A stretch of DNA of 64,000 bases from the human T2T-CHM13v2.0 reference genome, Homo sapiens: the NCBI RefSeq assembly GCF_009914755.1, contig NC_060925.1; one strand, written 5' to 3'. Below are positions 17,842 to 63,789 of this stretch, in pieces. Below the pieces are notes generated by a model that was not told where the DNA came from, ran no database searches, and worked only from the letters and a program-made list of their open reading frames with translations. Numbering within the stretch: position 1 is the stretch's first letter; each line of letters begins with the position of its first letter. Made by a program: the position numbers and the translations under genes.

Positions 17842-18210
17842 CTATTGGGTTAAAAAAAAGAGAAAAATCTGTTATTTAAAATGCAAAAACAATTTTTTAT
17901 GGTTAGACATTAAAAAACAATTTTTTAAACTTGTTCTAAAAACTGAAGAAATTGTTAAAAAAAAAAAAAAAGACAAAACTCAGAAAACTATATGAGAAGG
18001 AGTTACAGTGCACTAGGTAAATAGCCAAATGCTCATCAAGGGAATTCTAATGTAATTGTGGTAAAACAGCACCAAAATAAAGAATTTTAGAAGTAAAGGT
18101 TGTCTCATATTTCTTTAAGAATTTCAATAGAAAACTAAAACTTGCAATTGAATGTATCACAATTAACATGAAAGGAAACAGAATAAAGAAAACACAAGAA
18201 TTCCAATCTT

Positions 18211-24080
<5,870 letters not shown>

Positions 24081-24699
24081 ACCTATTATCTGCTAACTTC
24101 CTACATGAAAGGTATGGATTTAGCTATCTCAAATATTCCCCTTAAAAACATACATAACTGTGCAACGTAAGTACCTCCCCACCCTACCACCATCCTCCTA
24201 GGATGATTTTAATAAGATATGCCAATATTATTCACAGTTAAGCCAACTATACTGTAGCACAGAGTTTCCTAAATGTCCCTAAAAATTAACTTTCTCCTTT
24301 TTCCTGAGCACATGACTAGTCTACATTTCACAAACTTCTCTGCAGTCTGATGTGGCCTTCTGATAAAGTTCTCACTTCCTCATGCTCTCTTTCTCTTCTC
24401 ACTGAATAAAATTTTCAACTGCCCCGCTTCAATCATTCAACCATCATGTTCTAATCCAGACCAGTGAGTCCCAAACTTTTGTGTATAGGAATAAACAACT
24501 AAATGCGATTCTGATTCAGTAGATTGGGAGTGGGTTCCAATATTCTGCATTTCAAACAAACCCAGGTCATGTCCACTCAGCTAGTCCTTGGCCATACTTT
24601 TGGTGAGACAGCAGGATCAATGTAACTTAGGCCCCTGAATGACCACATGGAACAAACTACTCATCTAGATTTCCTGACCATTTACCCAGCAACTATTAT

Positions 24700-27015
<2,316 letters not shown>

Positions 27016-27019
27016 TCTA

Positions 27020-30167
<3,148 letters not shown>

Positions 30168-31080
30168 TTAAAAAAACATGAATGATCAAAGAATCCTATC
30201 ATATCTTTCCTTACTAATATTACTTCCCTGAATTAAACATTTATTCTAAAAATGATGATGCAGAAGGAAAGGGAAAGATAGTGCAATTCATATCTCCTTT
30301 TCCTTTCATTCCTGCCTTACTTACCACCAAGTTAAAGAGAGTGTTGAAGCCAGGTAAAGTGGCTTACACCTGTAATCCCAACACTTTAGGGCACCAAGAC
30401 AATTCTCCCACCTCAGCCTCCCAAAGGAATCCCGGAATTACAGATGTGAACCACCACTAGTTATACAATTTGGAGATAATTTGTACTGGGTTGCGAAGTT
30501 ACAGAATCACTATTTCAATAGGGTAAGGAACACAACAGTAATCATGCCGATGAAGGGAAAGGATAAAGCCAAAAAGAGGCTTTACAGTGAAATTAGGGAT
30601 AGATTAAAAAAACTAAAGAAACATTAAAAATACATATACAGATAATTCAGAAAATTTTGGTGGGAAGAATCATTTTGAATGATATGAATAGGAGCTATCA
30701 AGGAAAGTAGAGTTGAATATCACTAGAAGATAGAAATTAAGGAAATAAAGTGTCAGATAACATTCAATGTTATGCTTCCCACTGCCCAATATGGATGTCA
30801 GGAATTACACCAAAGTATCAGTGAATATAAAGGGGTGACCTACAGATTCCCAGATTGAAATGACAATGACAGATAAGAAATATAGCCAGCAGGACACCAG
30901 TCTCACAAGAGAACGAAGAATAGACAGTAGGTAGTAAACTATGGATATAATTTCCTGGCTTTGAGGAAACAGGTATGGGGGGGAAAGCAATGTTCAAGAC
31001 ACATTAACAATGCCACAAGTTCCTACAAAAAGTCCCGGAGCTCTTACAAATTTTCAGTTTTAAAAAAAGATGGCAGTGCA

Positions 31081-32032
<952 letters not shown>

Positions 32033-32238
32033 CTAGCATGCCCATTCACTTATCCTTACACATTTGTGAAGTTACTATAATTAGAGTCTTGCAGTATTTC
32101 CATTTTATACATTAATGAGGCACCCTGTTTATGACTTGCCTAAGATAACACAAATGGGACTGGTATATGACTACAAGAAACATGACTCCCAATTTTTGGT
32201 CCAAGTTTATGTACTAGAGTATGTCTCTAAGCCTAAAT

Positions 32239-39668
<7,430 letters not shown>

Positions 39669-39924
39669 GCCTAAACTAATACTCAGCACATGACTAGCAC
39701 TTAATGAACACTTAATGACTGGTCAATTAAATTATTTAAACTATAGTGTTAGTTAAATATTTAATTTAATAATTATATTATTAAACTACACACTGACAAA
39801 ATGCAATCAGGCTTAGTCATTCTCTATAATTCATACTTTGCATATTTGCAAAATATTTTTAACAACCTATGTGACTACAGAATTTAACTCTCTGTACACA
39901 AAATTTTGACACCCTAAACTTGAA

Positions 39925-41330
39925 GGTACAACACAGTACAGTGGCAAAGAGCTGTGACTCTAGACTCAGACACTTTGAGTTCAAATCCTGACTGCAGCAA
40001 ACTAGCTATGAGATATTGTCCAAGGTACTCAATCCTTCTACATGGACTTTTCCCATCTATAAATGAGAATAATATAAAAAGGGTTGTTTTGAAGACTAAG
40101 TTAACACTTCAAAGATCTTGAGAAAGAAATTAGCTCATAGTAACTATGCAATAAGTTATCTATTATCATTGTAAATCAAATATCCACTTAAAGCAATCAG
40201 ATTGTTGTGTGGTTAACAAACATACCTATTTCTTTTTAAAAGTACAAGATGCCTTATGTAAAGATTAGGACTTTGCCCATCTATAGTGGTGAACATCAAA
40301 CTTGCATGAATAGCGTCTCCCTTCTTCCAGCCCATGCTCTTCAATGCCTTAAGCTATTGTTTTCTAGAGCTAAACTAGAAAATAGTCAACTAATCCAAGC
40401 CAACAAGTGAAAAAACTTCCTAAGTAGTATAACAAGGTGATCTCCCCCAGAGGTGTTTTCATCCCAAAAGACTTTTCCAAAAAATTAAAAGTTCTTGGAC
40501 AGTAAGATTTGGATCACAGAATTCTCAAGATAAAAGTCTAGAATATAGGGAGAGGAGAGAAGAGTGGTACGGAAAAGAAGGCTTGCCTATCCACTAAAAA
40601 CGGGTAAACTCTGTTAGCTAGGAAGCCAAGGAGAAAAAAATACAAAACTAGGAGTCAGAAAACATAGTTCTAATCACAGCTCAACCACTATCTCACTTGG
40701 TGATCTCACAAGATAAAAATTCAAACACCTTAATACAACATAAATGGTCCCTCACAATTTGCTACTTCCAATCATTTATCTCACCATTCTATCCATATCA
40801 ATTCCTACCACACTGAATTTCTCACTCTCCCTCACTCCCCAAGGCTCATTACAATTTATCATCTTTGCATGTTATTCCCTAGGTCTGGAATGACCTCCAA
40901 CCTCCAGTCCATCTTCCTCTCCACCTAGCAAACTCCTACTCACCCTTCAAGAGCTAGTTTCTTCCCTCTCAACTCCCACAATCTAGTGTGTTGTAATTTA
41001 CTGTATTATATGTAGACTGATACAAATGCAAATGTTTGATGAAATGAATGTTTAAATGAATGAATGAACAACCTTAGGCAGTTTCCCATTCTAAATAATT
41101 GAGAAAATAATACACCTGAAAAGCAACATCACATATACATTATATTAGGAAGAGAGATCTGCTTTGAAATCTAATTCTATGATCTTCAGCAAATCACTAA
41201 CCTCTGTGACTCAAAGATTCCTCACCTATAAACAGGTTTCAAAGGGCTGTTACACTGAACGAGTGAAAAAAAAATGCATAAACAGTGTCTAGCGCAGTGC
41301 CTGGAACAAAACAGGCACTCTAAAAAGTTT
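39925..41330. mobile_element. MIR and L2 fragments
   Basis: gagttcaaatcctgactg, ttcccatctataaatgag and tgaatgaatgaa ends. Confidence 0.55.
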
Positions 41331-41964
41331 TGGTTCCCTTCTCTCTCCCTCAACTCATAATTATAGATATCCAATGAGATGATGTGACATAAAAATAATT
41401 TGAACATAAGACACCACACAAATCTCTCACTTAAGGGGGAAAAATCCTAACATTAATCTTTGCATTTATATACCCTTTCTTCTCCTTGGGCCTGTAAGAA
41501 ATACTCCGGAGGAAAAGTCGGAACCTGCTTTTTCAGAGTGTGTGGTTTATTTGAATATAGTCTGTACATAATAAAATAAAGATTTAAAAAAGGAAAGAAA
41601 AATACTCTGCAGAAATGATGGTTTTTAAACATTTCCCCCAAATTATGTAATTATTTAGGATTCTAGAATTAAAACAATTCAGTTAGTACCCAGTAAACAA
41701 CTCTAATTGCTCTAAGATTAATAACAAAAAGTCTACATATCCTGTTTTAAAGTATGGTGTCCCTTTCCTTTGACTTTTTTAGGTCTTTCTGGAATTGTTC
41801 TTTTTTAGAACGTATTTCTATCCTACTGCAGTGGCTTTAACTGAATTTAACATTTTTTAATCAATTCAAGTATTTGCAATTTATTTGAAAAAGGAACACA
41901 ACTCATTGAGTTCTATTTTGTCAAACAAAATGTTCTGGCATCAACATTAACAGGTAAGTATTGC

Positions 41965-42265
41965 TTTTTTTTTTTTTTTTTTTTGTTTAAGACAGGGTCT
42001 TACTCTGTCGCCCAGGCTGGAGTACAGTGGCGCAACTGTGCCTCACTGCAACCTTGAACTCTGGGCTCAGGCAAACCTCCTACCTCAGCTTCTGGGACTA
42101 CAGACGCACACCACCACGCCCAGCTAATTTCTTTTATTTTTTGGCAGTGACAAAGTCTCACTATGCTGCTCAGACTGATATCAAACTCCTACGCTCAAGC
42201 AATCCTCTCGCCTCCACTTCCCAAAGTGCTGAGATTACAGGCGTGAGTGAGCCACCTGGCCAGGC
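41965..42265 (-). mobile_element. Old Alu (AluJ-like)
   Basis: Reverse Alu. TSD acaggtaagtRttg. Confidence 0.9.
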
Positions 42266-43139
42266 CCTACAGGTAAGTGTTGGTTATTTTGTTTCTCTGA
42301 AACTAGAAACTTTAACAGTGAATAAATTCAAACACCTTTCTTGATCAACAGATCCTGATTTGACATTCTGTAGAGAACACAACATAATTAATGGTACTTA
42401 TTTTTATGTCAAGATTAACTTTGAGATAAAAAAGAATTCTAATTACTTACTCTAAAATGAATCTGCTGAGAGCTAATAAAAATTCTCTTTAAACAGCTCT
42501 TTGTTAATCAGAGAAATTTATAATTATACATTTTGATTCTAAAAGGTCTAAAATTAAAATGTAGACACTGTACTGTTCTAGCTCCAGCAACTAAAAATAA
42601 ATGTAATTTTAGGTGTCACTTAGAATTTATAAACTTGAACTTATATGCATGACAATATTTGTTAATTTATCTGTACTAACAACTTGGCCTATGACAATGA
42701 AAATACTTTAAATTTCTTTTCTGTATTTAAATGTTTGCTGGATTTAAAACATCAAATGTCATTAACTTTCACTTCCATTTCTGAATTATTTTAAGAAAAC
42801 TTCATTTTTCATTTTCCACACTAGCCAAGTGAAAAACTGCAAGCAGCAGAAAAATTTATCTAAGAGTTTTAAAAGTAAGTTTCTTTTGTTTATATTAAAT
42901 ATAAATATTTTTAAAGCATAAAACGACTTAAAATTCTTATCTTCCCCAAAGTATATGGTTTCTAAGAAGCAATCTTTAAAAATTTGTTTATAAAAGCAAC
43001 ATAGCACACTAGACACTAATGAGTTATCTTAAGCACAGCTTTTTAAGAGAATCAATATTTCATTTTACCAGTTGTGACTAATCAGTACTACGATGCAGTG
43101 TAGTGACATACATGAGTTCTAAGCCTAAAGAAAATTTCA

Positions 43140-43182
43140 GCGCGCTCGCGCGCGCACACACACACATACACACACACACACA
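43140..43182. repeat. (CG)n-(CA)n microsatellite
   Basis: gcgcgctcgcgcgcgcacacacacacatacacacacacacaca. Confidence 0.95.
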
Positions 43183-44398
43183 AAGTCGGCTTTTCTTTTT
43201 AAACCATCCCACAATTCAACACCTCTCGGTGGTATTCTCTGAATTATCATATCTGGCTGGGATTATCCAATTTTATTAGCTAACAGTTCTCATTACTTTA
43301 AAAACAGAAACAGGATATGTTCTGTTTCATCAAGTGCTACAAACATTTCGCTGCTGTAAGACTGGAGGGAAAAAATCTTTGGAAATAAAAGGCCATCTGA
43401 TCCACTCGGGCTAATTACTAAATGCATGCCAACAATACACAATTCGAATTGCATTTCTGGACACAATTTAAGATCACGATAGGGCAGGTCAAATGTGTAA
43501 GGAACTACTACTTCTATCAAAATGAAGAAGCAGATATACGGTATCTAAGATCTCACGCAAAATTCATCTAAGACTTCGAAATCTTCTGAAAAGAAAATGT
43601 GTAATCAACGTTGTTAATACAACAGTAATTCATCCCATTCAAGTACGACTAGAAATCCCGCTGATGTGCTTCTTTCAGGTCTAAACATCTCATTCTTTCG
43701 CAATCCAGATACCAACAGGAGTCTGAAACCCTTCGCAGAGGCGTGCAACACACTAGGAGAGCGCTATCTGTTTACAAATACGAATCTCAGTTACCCACGT
43801 CAAAACCGCGCATTACCACCTTTCGACTGGGGGGCGGGGGAGAGAGAAGGCGGGCGAGCAAGAAACAAAATCCACACAGACACCTCTGCCTTCTCCCTAC
43901 AAGGACGAGCCCGGGGAAACATTCAGTATGTATTATATGCGTGTATACATTTATATACATTATGTAGTCACCTATGTCTAAGCAAGGGTGAAAGAAAAAG
44001 GTACACATGACAGGGAATCGTAACTGGACCCAACAGAAATGTTCAAACCAATCCCGTTAACTCAAAATCCGCCCCGCTGGTCTACAACAGGTTTCGGTCC
44101 GGGACCGGGAGCCCCAGCCACAGTGTGGAGTTCGTCCCCAAAGCGCCCCAATGCCCTCCTCAGGCCGCCCAGGCCGCCGTCCCCACCTCCCTTATCTCAG
44201 CCTTCCCCTGGGACACCCGAAGCCCGTTCCAGGAAAGAAAGAAGTGTCAGGCCCCCAGGGGGCGGCTGAGACGCTCTCAGGCCAGGCCCCCGACACCTGC
44301 GAAGCGCGGCACCTGGGGAGGGCGAACCGGGGGCCGCCCGGCCTTCCCGAGCACATCCCCTCGGTACCCGACGCTGCCCCGCGGCCGGAACCTCGTAC

Positions 44399-44560
44399 CT
44401 GCGAGGCCCGCGAGCTACAGGCGCGCGCGACGCCTCCTCATCTCAGTGGCTCCTGCTCTCCCTCCGCCTCCTGCTGCCGCCGCCGTCGCCGCTGCCGCCG
44501 CTGGAGGCCGGGACACGACTAGCTCAGGACTCCACCGCCATGTCCGCCGCGCCGCGAACT
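44399..44560 (-). other. TUT4: TUT4 non-coding exon 1 (GC-rich 5' UTR)
   Basis: Lies in the CpG island. Donor CAG|GTACGA at 44399/44398. Initiator-like TGCAGT (BBCABW) with A at 44560. YY1-like CCGCCATGT at about 44534-44543. The 5' end is inferred. Confidence 0.75.
44472..44502 (-). repeat. Interrupted CGG/GCC trinucleotide tract in the 5' UTR
   Basis: ctgctgccgccgccgtcgccgctgccgccgc. Confidence 0.85.
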
Positions 44561-47354
44561 GCATTGTGGGGGGGAAGGGATGGGGAGGGGGAGGAGGAGG
44601 GAGAGGGAGAGGGAGAGAAAGAGGAGGACCCGCTGAGGGGAGGGGGCGAGGGAGAGCGGTTGCCGGGGGAGAGGGGGAGGGGAGAGGACAGAGCCTGTAA
44701 TGGGGTCCTGGCCCGGGAGAGGAGGAGCTACGCGCAGAGGGAAGGGTTCAGGGGTGCCCCCTCCCTTCGTTCGGGGGGCCCCACAGGCACCGTTTACACC
44801 GGGGCGGGGGAGGGGGGAAACAGCACTGGGGGGAGGGGTCTCGTGGTGGCCGCGAAGAAACAATGGGGAGAAGGCCGAGGTAGGAGGATCGCGCACTCAC
44901 ACCCACGCGGAGGGAAGGGAGCGCGCGAGAGACACTCGTTAGCTCGCGAGGAGGGGGCGGGCCGCTGGCAGAGGGGAGGAGGGAGCCACCCGGGGCTCGC
45001 GGGCAGGGGCGGGGCCGCCGAGCGGAGGTCGCGAGGTCCCGCAGCCCGCCTGGGCGCCGCGGGTTAGCCGCGCTGATTCGCCCGCTTGCCGGAGTGGGTG
45101 GGGGTGGCGGGCGCCCCAGTGCTGCCCCAGTCTGGTTCCTAGTCTCTGCCGAGGCCCCCGAGCTGGAAGCCGAGCCCGAGGGCCGCCTCGGCGCCTCGCT
45201 CCCAAGGCTGCTCCCCCTGGGGAGGAAGGCCGGCCTGGAATGGGTACCCTCTGGCCTGGCACTCGGACTGGGCGTGGCCCGAGCCTCGGCGGACCCTCGG
45301 AAGCCCAAGCGGGCTTCGGAGCAACGGTAGGGAGCGGGGCAGAGGAAGCCGCCAGGGTCGACCCCCACCCACTCACCACGGCCTCCAGCCCACCGCAGCT
45401 GGACCTTTTTTCCTTTGAAAAGGCAGGCAGTTCAGGAATGAAGGAGCTCGAAGAGAAATCTCTGGAGCACTCCATCTCCCACCCCCAAAAGAGGTTTTAG
45501 AAATCATTTCTTTAGCTGCAGGCGGGCATAAAACCATCTACCATCAATGGGCCCCCTCATCCCCTTGCTTTTAACGTATTACATTCCTCTACATAATTAT
45601 TTAAAGTCACGGGCGGAACGGACTTAAGGTTTTGTTAGTTTTGTTTTTTGTTGTTTTTTTTTAAGACCCCAGCCTCAGAGATTATTTAGCCAATCTCTGA
45701 CCTCAAAGCTGGACAAAGCACACAACCTCTGTGCTCTGTGCCCAGTCCTTTGAGTTTGACACATGCTAGGCAGGAAAAAGGTATGAAAAGAGTGGACGTA
45801 GAGGTGAAGGGAAGATGTTAAATCTTAAGTATTTACAAGATAGTGCCTTATAAATTTTCTTATAATGTGACTCAGGCTGGGACTGGTTAGAGGTCACAGA
45901 GGGACGCTCCACTTCACGATAGCCCTGTGAGTTACGTACTGTTGCTCTCATTTACGGATGAAAAAACTAGGGTTCAGAGTTAGTGCATTTTACCCCAATC
46001 TGGCTGATGCTACAAGGCCCAGGTATAATGGATAGAGGACTGGATTTCAAGTCAAAAGAGCCCTACCTGGTTTTGGCGTTTATCAACATGATGCCTTTGA
46101 GCAAATGTACCCTCTTGAGTTTCCTCATCTGCAAATTCTTAATCTGTATCCCTGCTTCGCTTGACTAGCCTGGAAACAAAGAAAAAATCCCTACTTCACC
46201 CGGCTGAAAGCCTAAAGCCTATAGAGACACTAAGAAGATACCGACATGCCCTTCAATTCAGTGATAGCAGTGTCCTTAGAACAAGTTCAATTGAGTAAAC
46301 ATTTCCTAATTACTTAAGAGCAAAGCGTTGTTAGGTGCCTAGGGAAACAAAGACAAATCATTGCTTCCTGTCTCCAAAAAGTTCCCCATTGAGCAAGCAG
46401 GTGAGCTACAATAAAAGCAACAGGTCTTATTAACAAAGGGCTGGGCAAATCCAGAGGAGAGTGTGATAAATTCCACTTTGGTGAGACTTCCGTGGAAGAA
46501 CTAAAAGCTGGACCTTGAAGATCTGTCTGCTGTGTGCCAGACACATGTCTGTGATTCAGAGGGCAGCATTGACTCTGGAGTGTGCAGAAGATAATGAATC
46601 TGGAAAAGAAAACTGGGGCCAGACTGAAAATTTCAGTGCCTCTCTGCCCTTATCCCCTCCAGATAACTCTCTTCTACTACCTTGCTTATTCCCCAAGACC
46701 CAGCTCAACCTCTACCTTCTTTATTAAATCTTCCTGATTACCACCCCTCCTCTGCACTCCACTGAATGTGATCCCTCTATTCTCTGAATTCCGTGACCCC
46801 AATAGATTGTACACTTCAGCACAGATACTTACAAGGTATTCCTTCTGATACCTACATAGTTGTCGAGTTGAAAATTTTGACAACTATAATTTTATCATCA
46901 CAGCTAGAGCAAGTATGGTTCTGACACAAAGAATAAGGAAATTTATGGAGTATAAGGTTTAATTCATGCCCAGGGTCATACAGTAAGTCACAGGCTGGAC
47001 TAGAATACCAGCCCTGTATTCTTCCCATTGAACCACAGGTTTTTGAGATATAAAATGGTAAATGTCTGATTTCTATGTAAAAATCCTCTGAGGACTTAAA
47101 CTTTCAAGGGAAATCTCATGATTGTGGTTAAGCCTCCAGTCTGGAAGTTCTGAAAACTTAGTTTCATCCAAACCCAGGTGAAAATAACTTGCAGTAAAAA
47201 TCTTATTTCATTGTATCTCATGAGGAATATAATTACTCAGTGGATCAATATTCATATTCTGTTGTCTTCCTAGGTGAATAAGAAAACTTAGTAAAAAACT
47301 AATAATATTGAATGAAAAGGTGACTTGGTAAGTAAAATTATAACAAGAAAGGTG

Positions 47355-56260
<8,906 letters not shown>

Positions 56261-56339
56261 GAAGGAAGCAAAGAGCAAAGATACAAAGGTGGAAAAGTTC
56301 AGGAGTGCTATAGAAAGGGCCACGGAAGTGGAGAGGATT

Positions 56340-56605
56340 CATATATACAAAAACATAGAAAGAATGGCTAAGACCTAGTATTTGCTAGCACAACAGGGTG
56401 ACTATAGTCAAAATAATTTAATTGTACATTTAAAAATAACTAAAAGTAAAATGGGATTGTTTGTAACACAAAGGATAAATGCTTGAGGTGATAGATACCC
56501 CATTTACCCTGTGAGATTATTACACATTGCATGCCTGTATCGAAATATTTCATGTAACTCATAAATATATACCCCTACTATGTACCCACAAAAATTAAAA
56601 ATTAG
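56340..56605 (+). mobile_element. L1MA/L1PB 3' end
   Basis: gcacaacagggtgactatagtcaaaataattta...tactatgtacccacaaaaattaaaa. Confidence 0.8.
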
Positions 56606-57143
56606 TGCTATAGGCTAGCCAAGCGTGGTAGCATGTGCCTGTAGTCCCAGCTACTCAGGAGACTGAGGCAAGAGGATCCCTTGAACTTAGGAGTTTGAGG
56701 CTGCAGTGAGAGTTGTGATTGTGCACTGCACTCCTGCTTGTGTGACAGAGCAAGACTCCATCTCTAAAAATAAAAAAGAGTGCTATAGGCTGAATGTTGG
56801 TGTCCCCCCAAAATTCGTATTTTGGAACCTAATACCCAATGAGATAGTATTAAGAAATGGGGTCTTTTGGGAAGTGATTAAGTCATGAAGGTTTCATCCT
56901 CATGAATGGGATTAGTGTCGTTATAAAAGGAGGTGGAAGGAAACTGTCTTGCCCCTTTCACCATGTGAAGGTGCAGCAAGAAAGTGCCATCTTTGAAGCA
57001 GAGAGTAAGGCTTCTTCAGACACTGAATCCGCTGGCACGTTGACCTTGGACTCTATGGCCTCCAGAACTGTGAGCAATACATTTCTATTGTTTATAATAC
57101 CCAGACTAAGGTATTTTGTTGCAGCAGCCAAAGAGACTAAGAG
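56606..57143 (+). mobile_element. MLT1A/MST-type MaLR solo LTR with an Alu monomer inserted near its 5' end
   Basis: tgctataggctgaatg...ccagaactgtgag...gactaaga. TSD agtgctataggct around the monomer. Confidence 0.82.
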
Positions 57144-57159
57144 AGCTAGCCACAGCAGA

Positions 57160-57853
<694 letters not shown>

Positions 57854-58166
57854 GCAGGAATGGCAATATGTGTAGGGAAATTCCTTTTACTGGGTGCCTA
57901 CTGCATGCTGTGGGGCTGAGTATGATTGCTTAAAGGTGCTAAACTGGATGGCTGTAATCATAATTATTTTGGCCTCTTTTCATTTCACCTTAAATCATAA
58001 GCATTTTTCATGTTGTTCTATAGCTTTCATAAATACCTGTTTTTCCAGAGGTTAAATTTCATTTTATTCCTTTTAACACTTTGTTTTGTTTTCGTTAGCC
58101 TTTTACTCCTAAAACTTTTGTAAAATTATTTTTAACTTATAGCAATGCAAGAATATAAAATTTTAA

Positions 58167-62920
<4,754 letters not shown>

Positions 62921-63097
62921 ATTTTTTTTTTTTTTTTTTGAGATGGAGTCTTGCCCTGTCACCCAGGCTGTAGCGCAGTGGTGTAGTCTCGGCTCACTGC
63001 AACCTCCGCCTTTTTGTAGAGATGGAGTTTGCCATGTTGGCCAGGCTGGTCTCAAACTCCTGACCTCAAGTGATCTACCCACCTCGACCTCCCAAAG

Positions 63098-63789
63098 TGA
63101 GGCACTACACACTACAGGGTCTGAAAGCAGGGAACATAAGTCCGATTCATTCTGACTTCCTAGAACTAAGTCAAAGGGAAAACTCCAACTTACCACACCC
63201 AAGTAACAAAAGGACCAGAGGCTACTCCCTTTGCATCCCCCACTTTTCTGCCTGGCAGATGAAAAACTGAAAGTACCTGTGATTTGTCCTCTTCTGCAAC
63301 CAATCAGGCTGGTCTCAGGCCAAGTTTTCATTTGCATAGGAGTATAAGTTTGTAACTTCACTTCAGCCTCTGATTGGTCACCTTCTGCAACCAATCAGAT
63401 GTTTGCATGGGTTTAACTTTGTAACTTCACTTCCATCTCTGATTGGTTGCAGAAAGCAACCAATCAGATTGGTTTAACTTTGTAACGTCACTTCAGCCTC
63501 TGATTGGTTGCCTTCTGCAACCAATCAGATTAATCACAGGCCACTTCTTCATTTACATAGGGTGTACCTCAAGTAACCAATGGGAAGCCTCTAGAGGGTA
63601 TTTAAATCCCAGAAAATTGGGTAACCAGTTTCCTGAACCCATATGCTTGGCCTGCTCCCACACTATGGAGTGTACTTTCGTTTTCAGTAAATCTCTGCTT
63701 TTCTTGCTTCATTCTTTCCTTGCTTTATTTGTGTGTTTTGTCCAATTTTTTCAAGAAGCCAAGAATCTGGGCACCTTCCACTGGTAACA
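63098..63789 (+). mobile_element. MER51-family ERV1 solo LTR inserted into an antisense Alu
   Basis: TGAGGC...GTAACA termini. Repeated CTGATTGG...CCAATCAG units and TATTTAAA. The Alu resumes as tgctgggattacaggc right after 63793. Confidence 0.85.

Larger units (their letters stand above)
43830..45400. promoter_or_regulatory. CpG-island, TATA-less promoter of TUT4
   Basis: Very high GC and CpG density against an AT-rich background. GC boxes (GGGGCGGGG at about 43830, 44801 and 45006), CGCG elements and G-tracts. Confidence 0.93.

Noticed and set aside
41950-42282. Two perfect plus-strand CAG|GTAAGT donors
   Set aside because: They are the target-site duplication of an Alu and are antisense to TUT4. 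I found no supporting exon.
44039-45500. Long overlapping ORFs (up to 206 aa) on both strands in the CpG island
   Set aside because: Stop codons are rare in GC-rich DNA. The products are low-complexity Gly/Arg/Pro with no recognisable domain.
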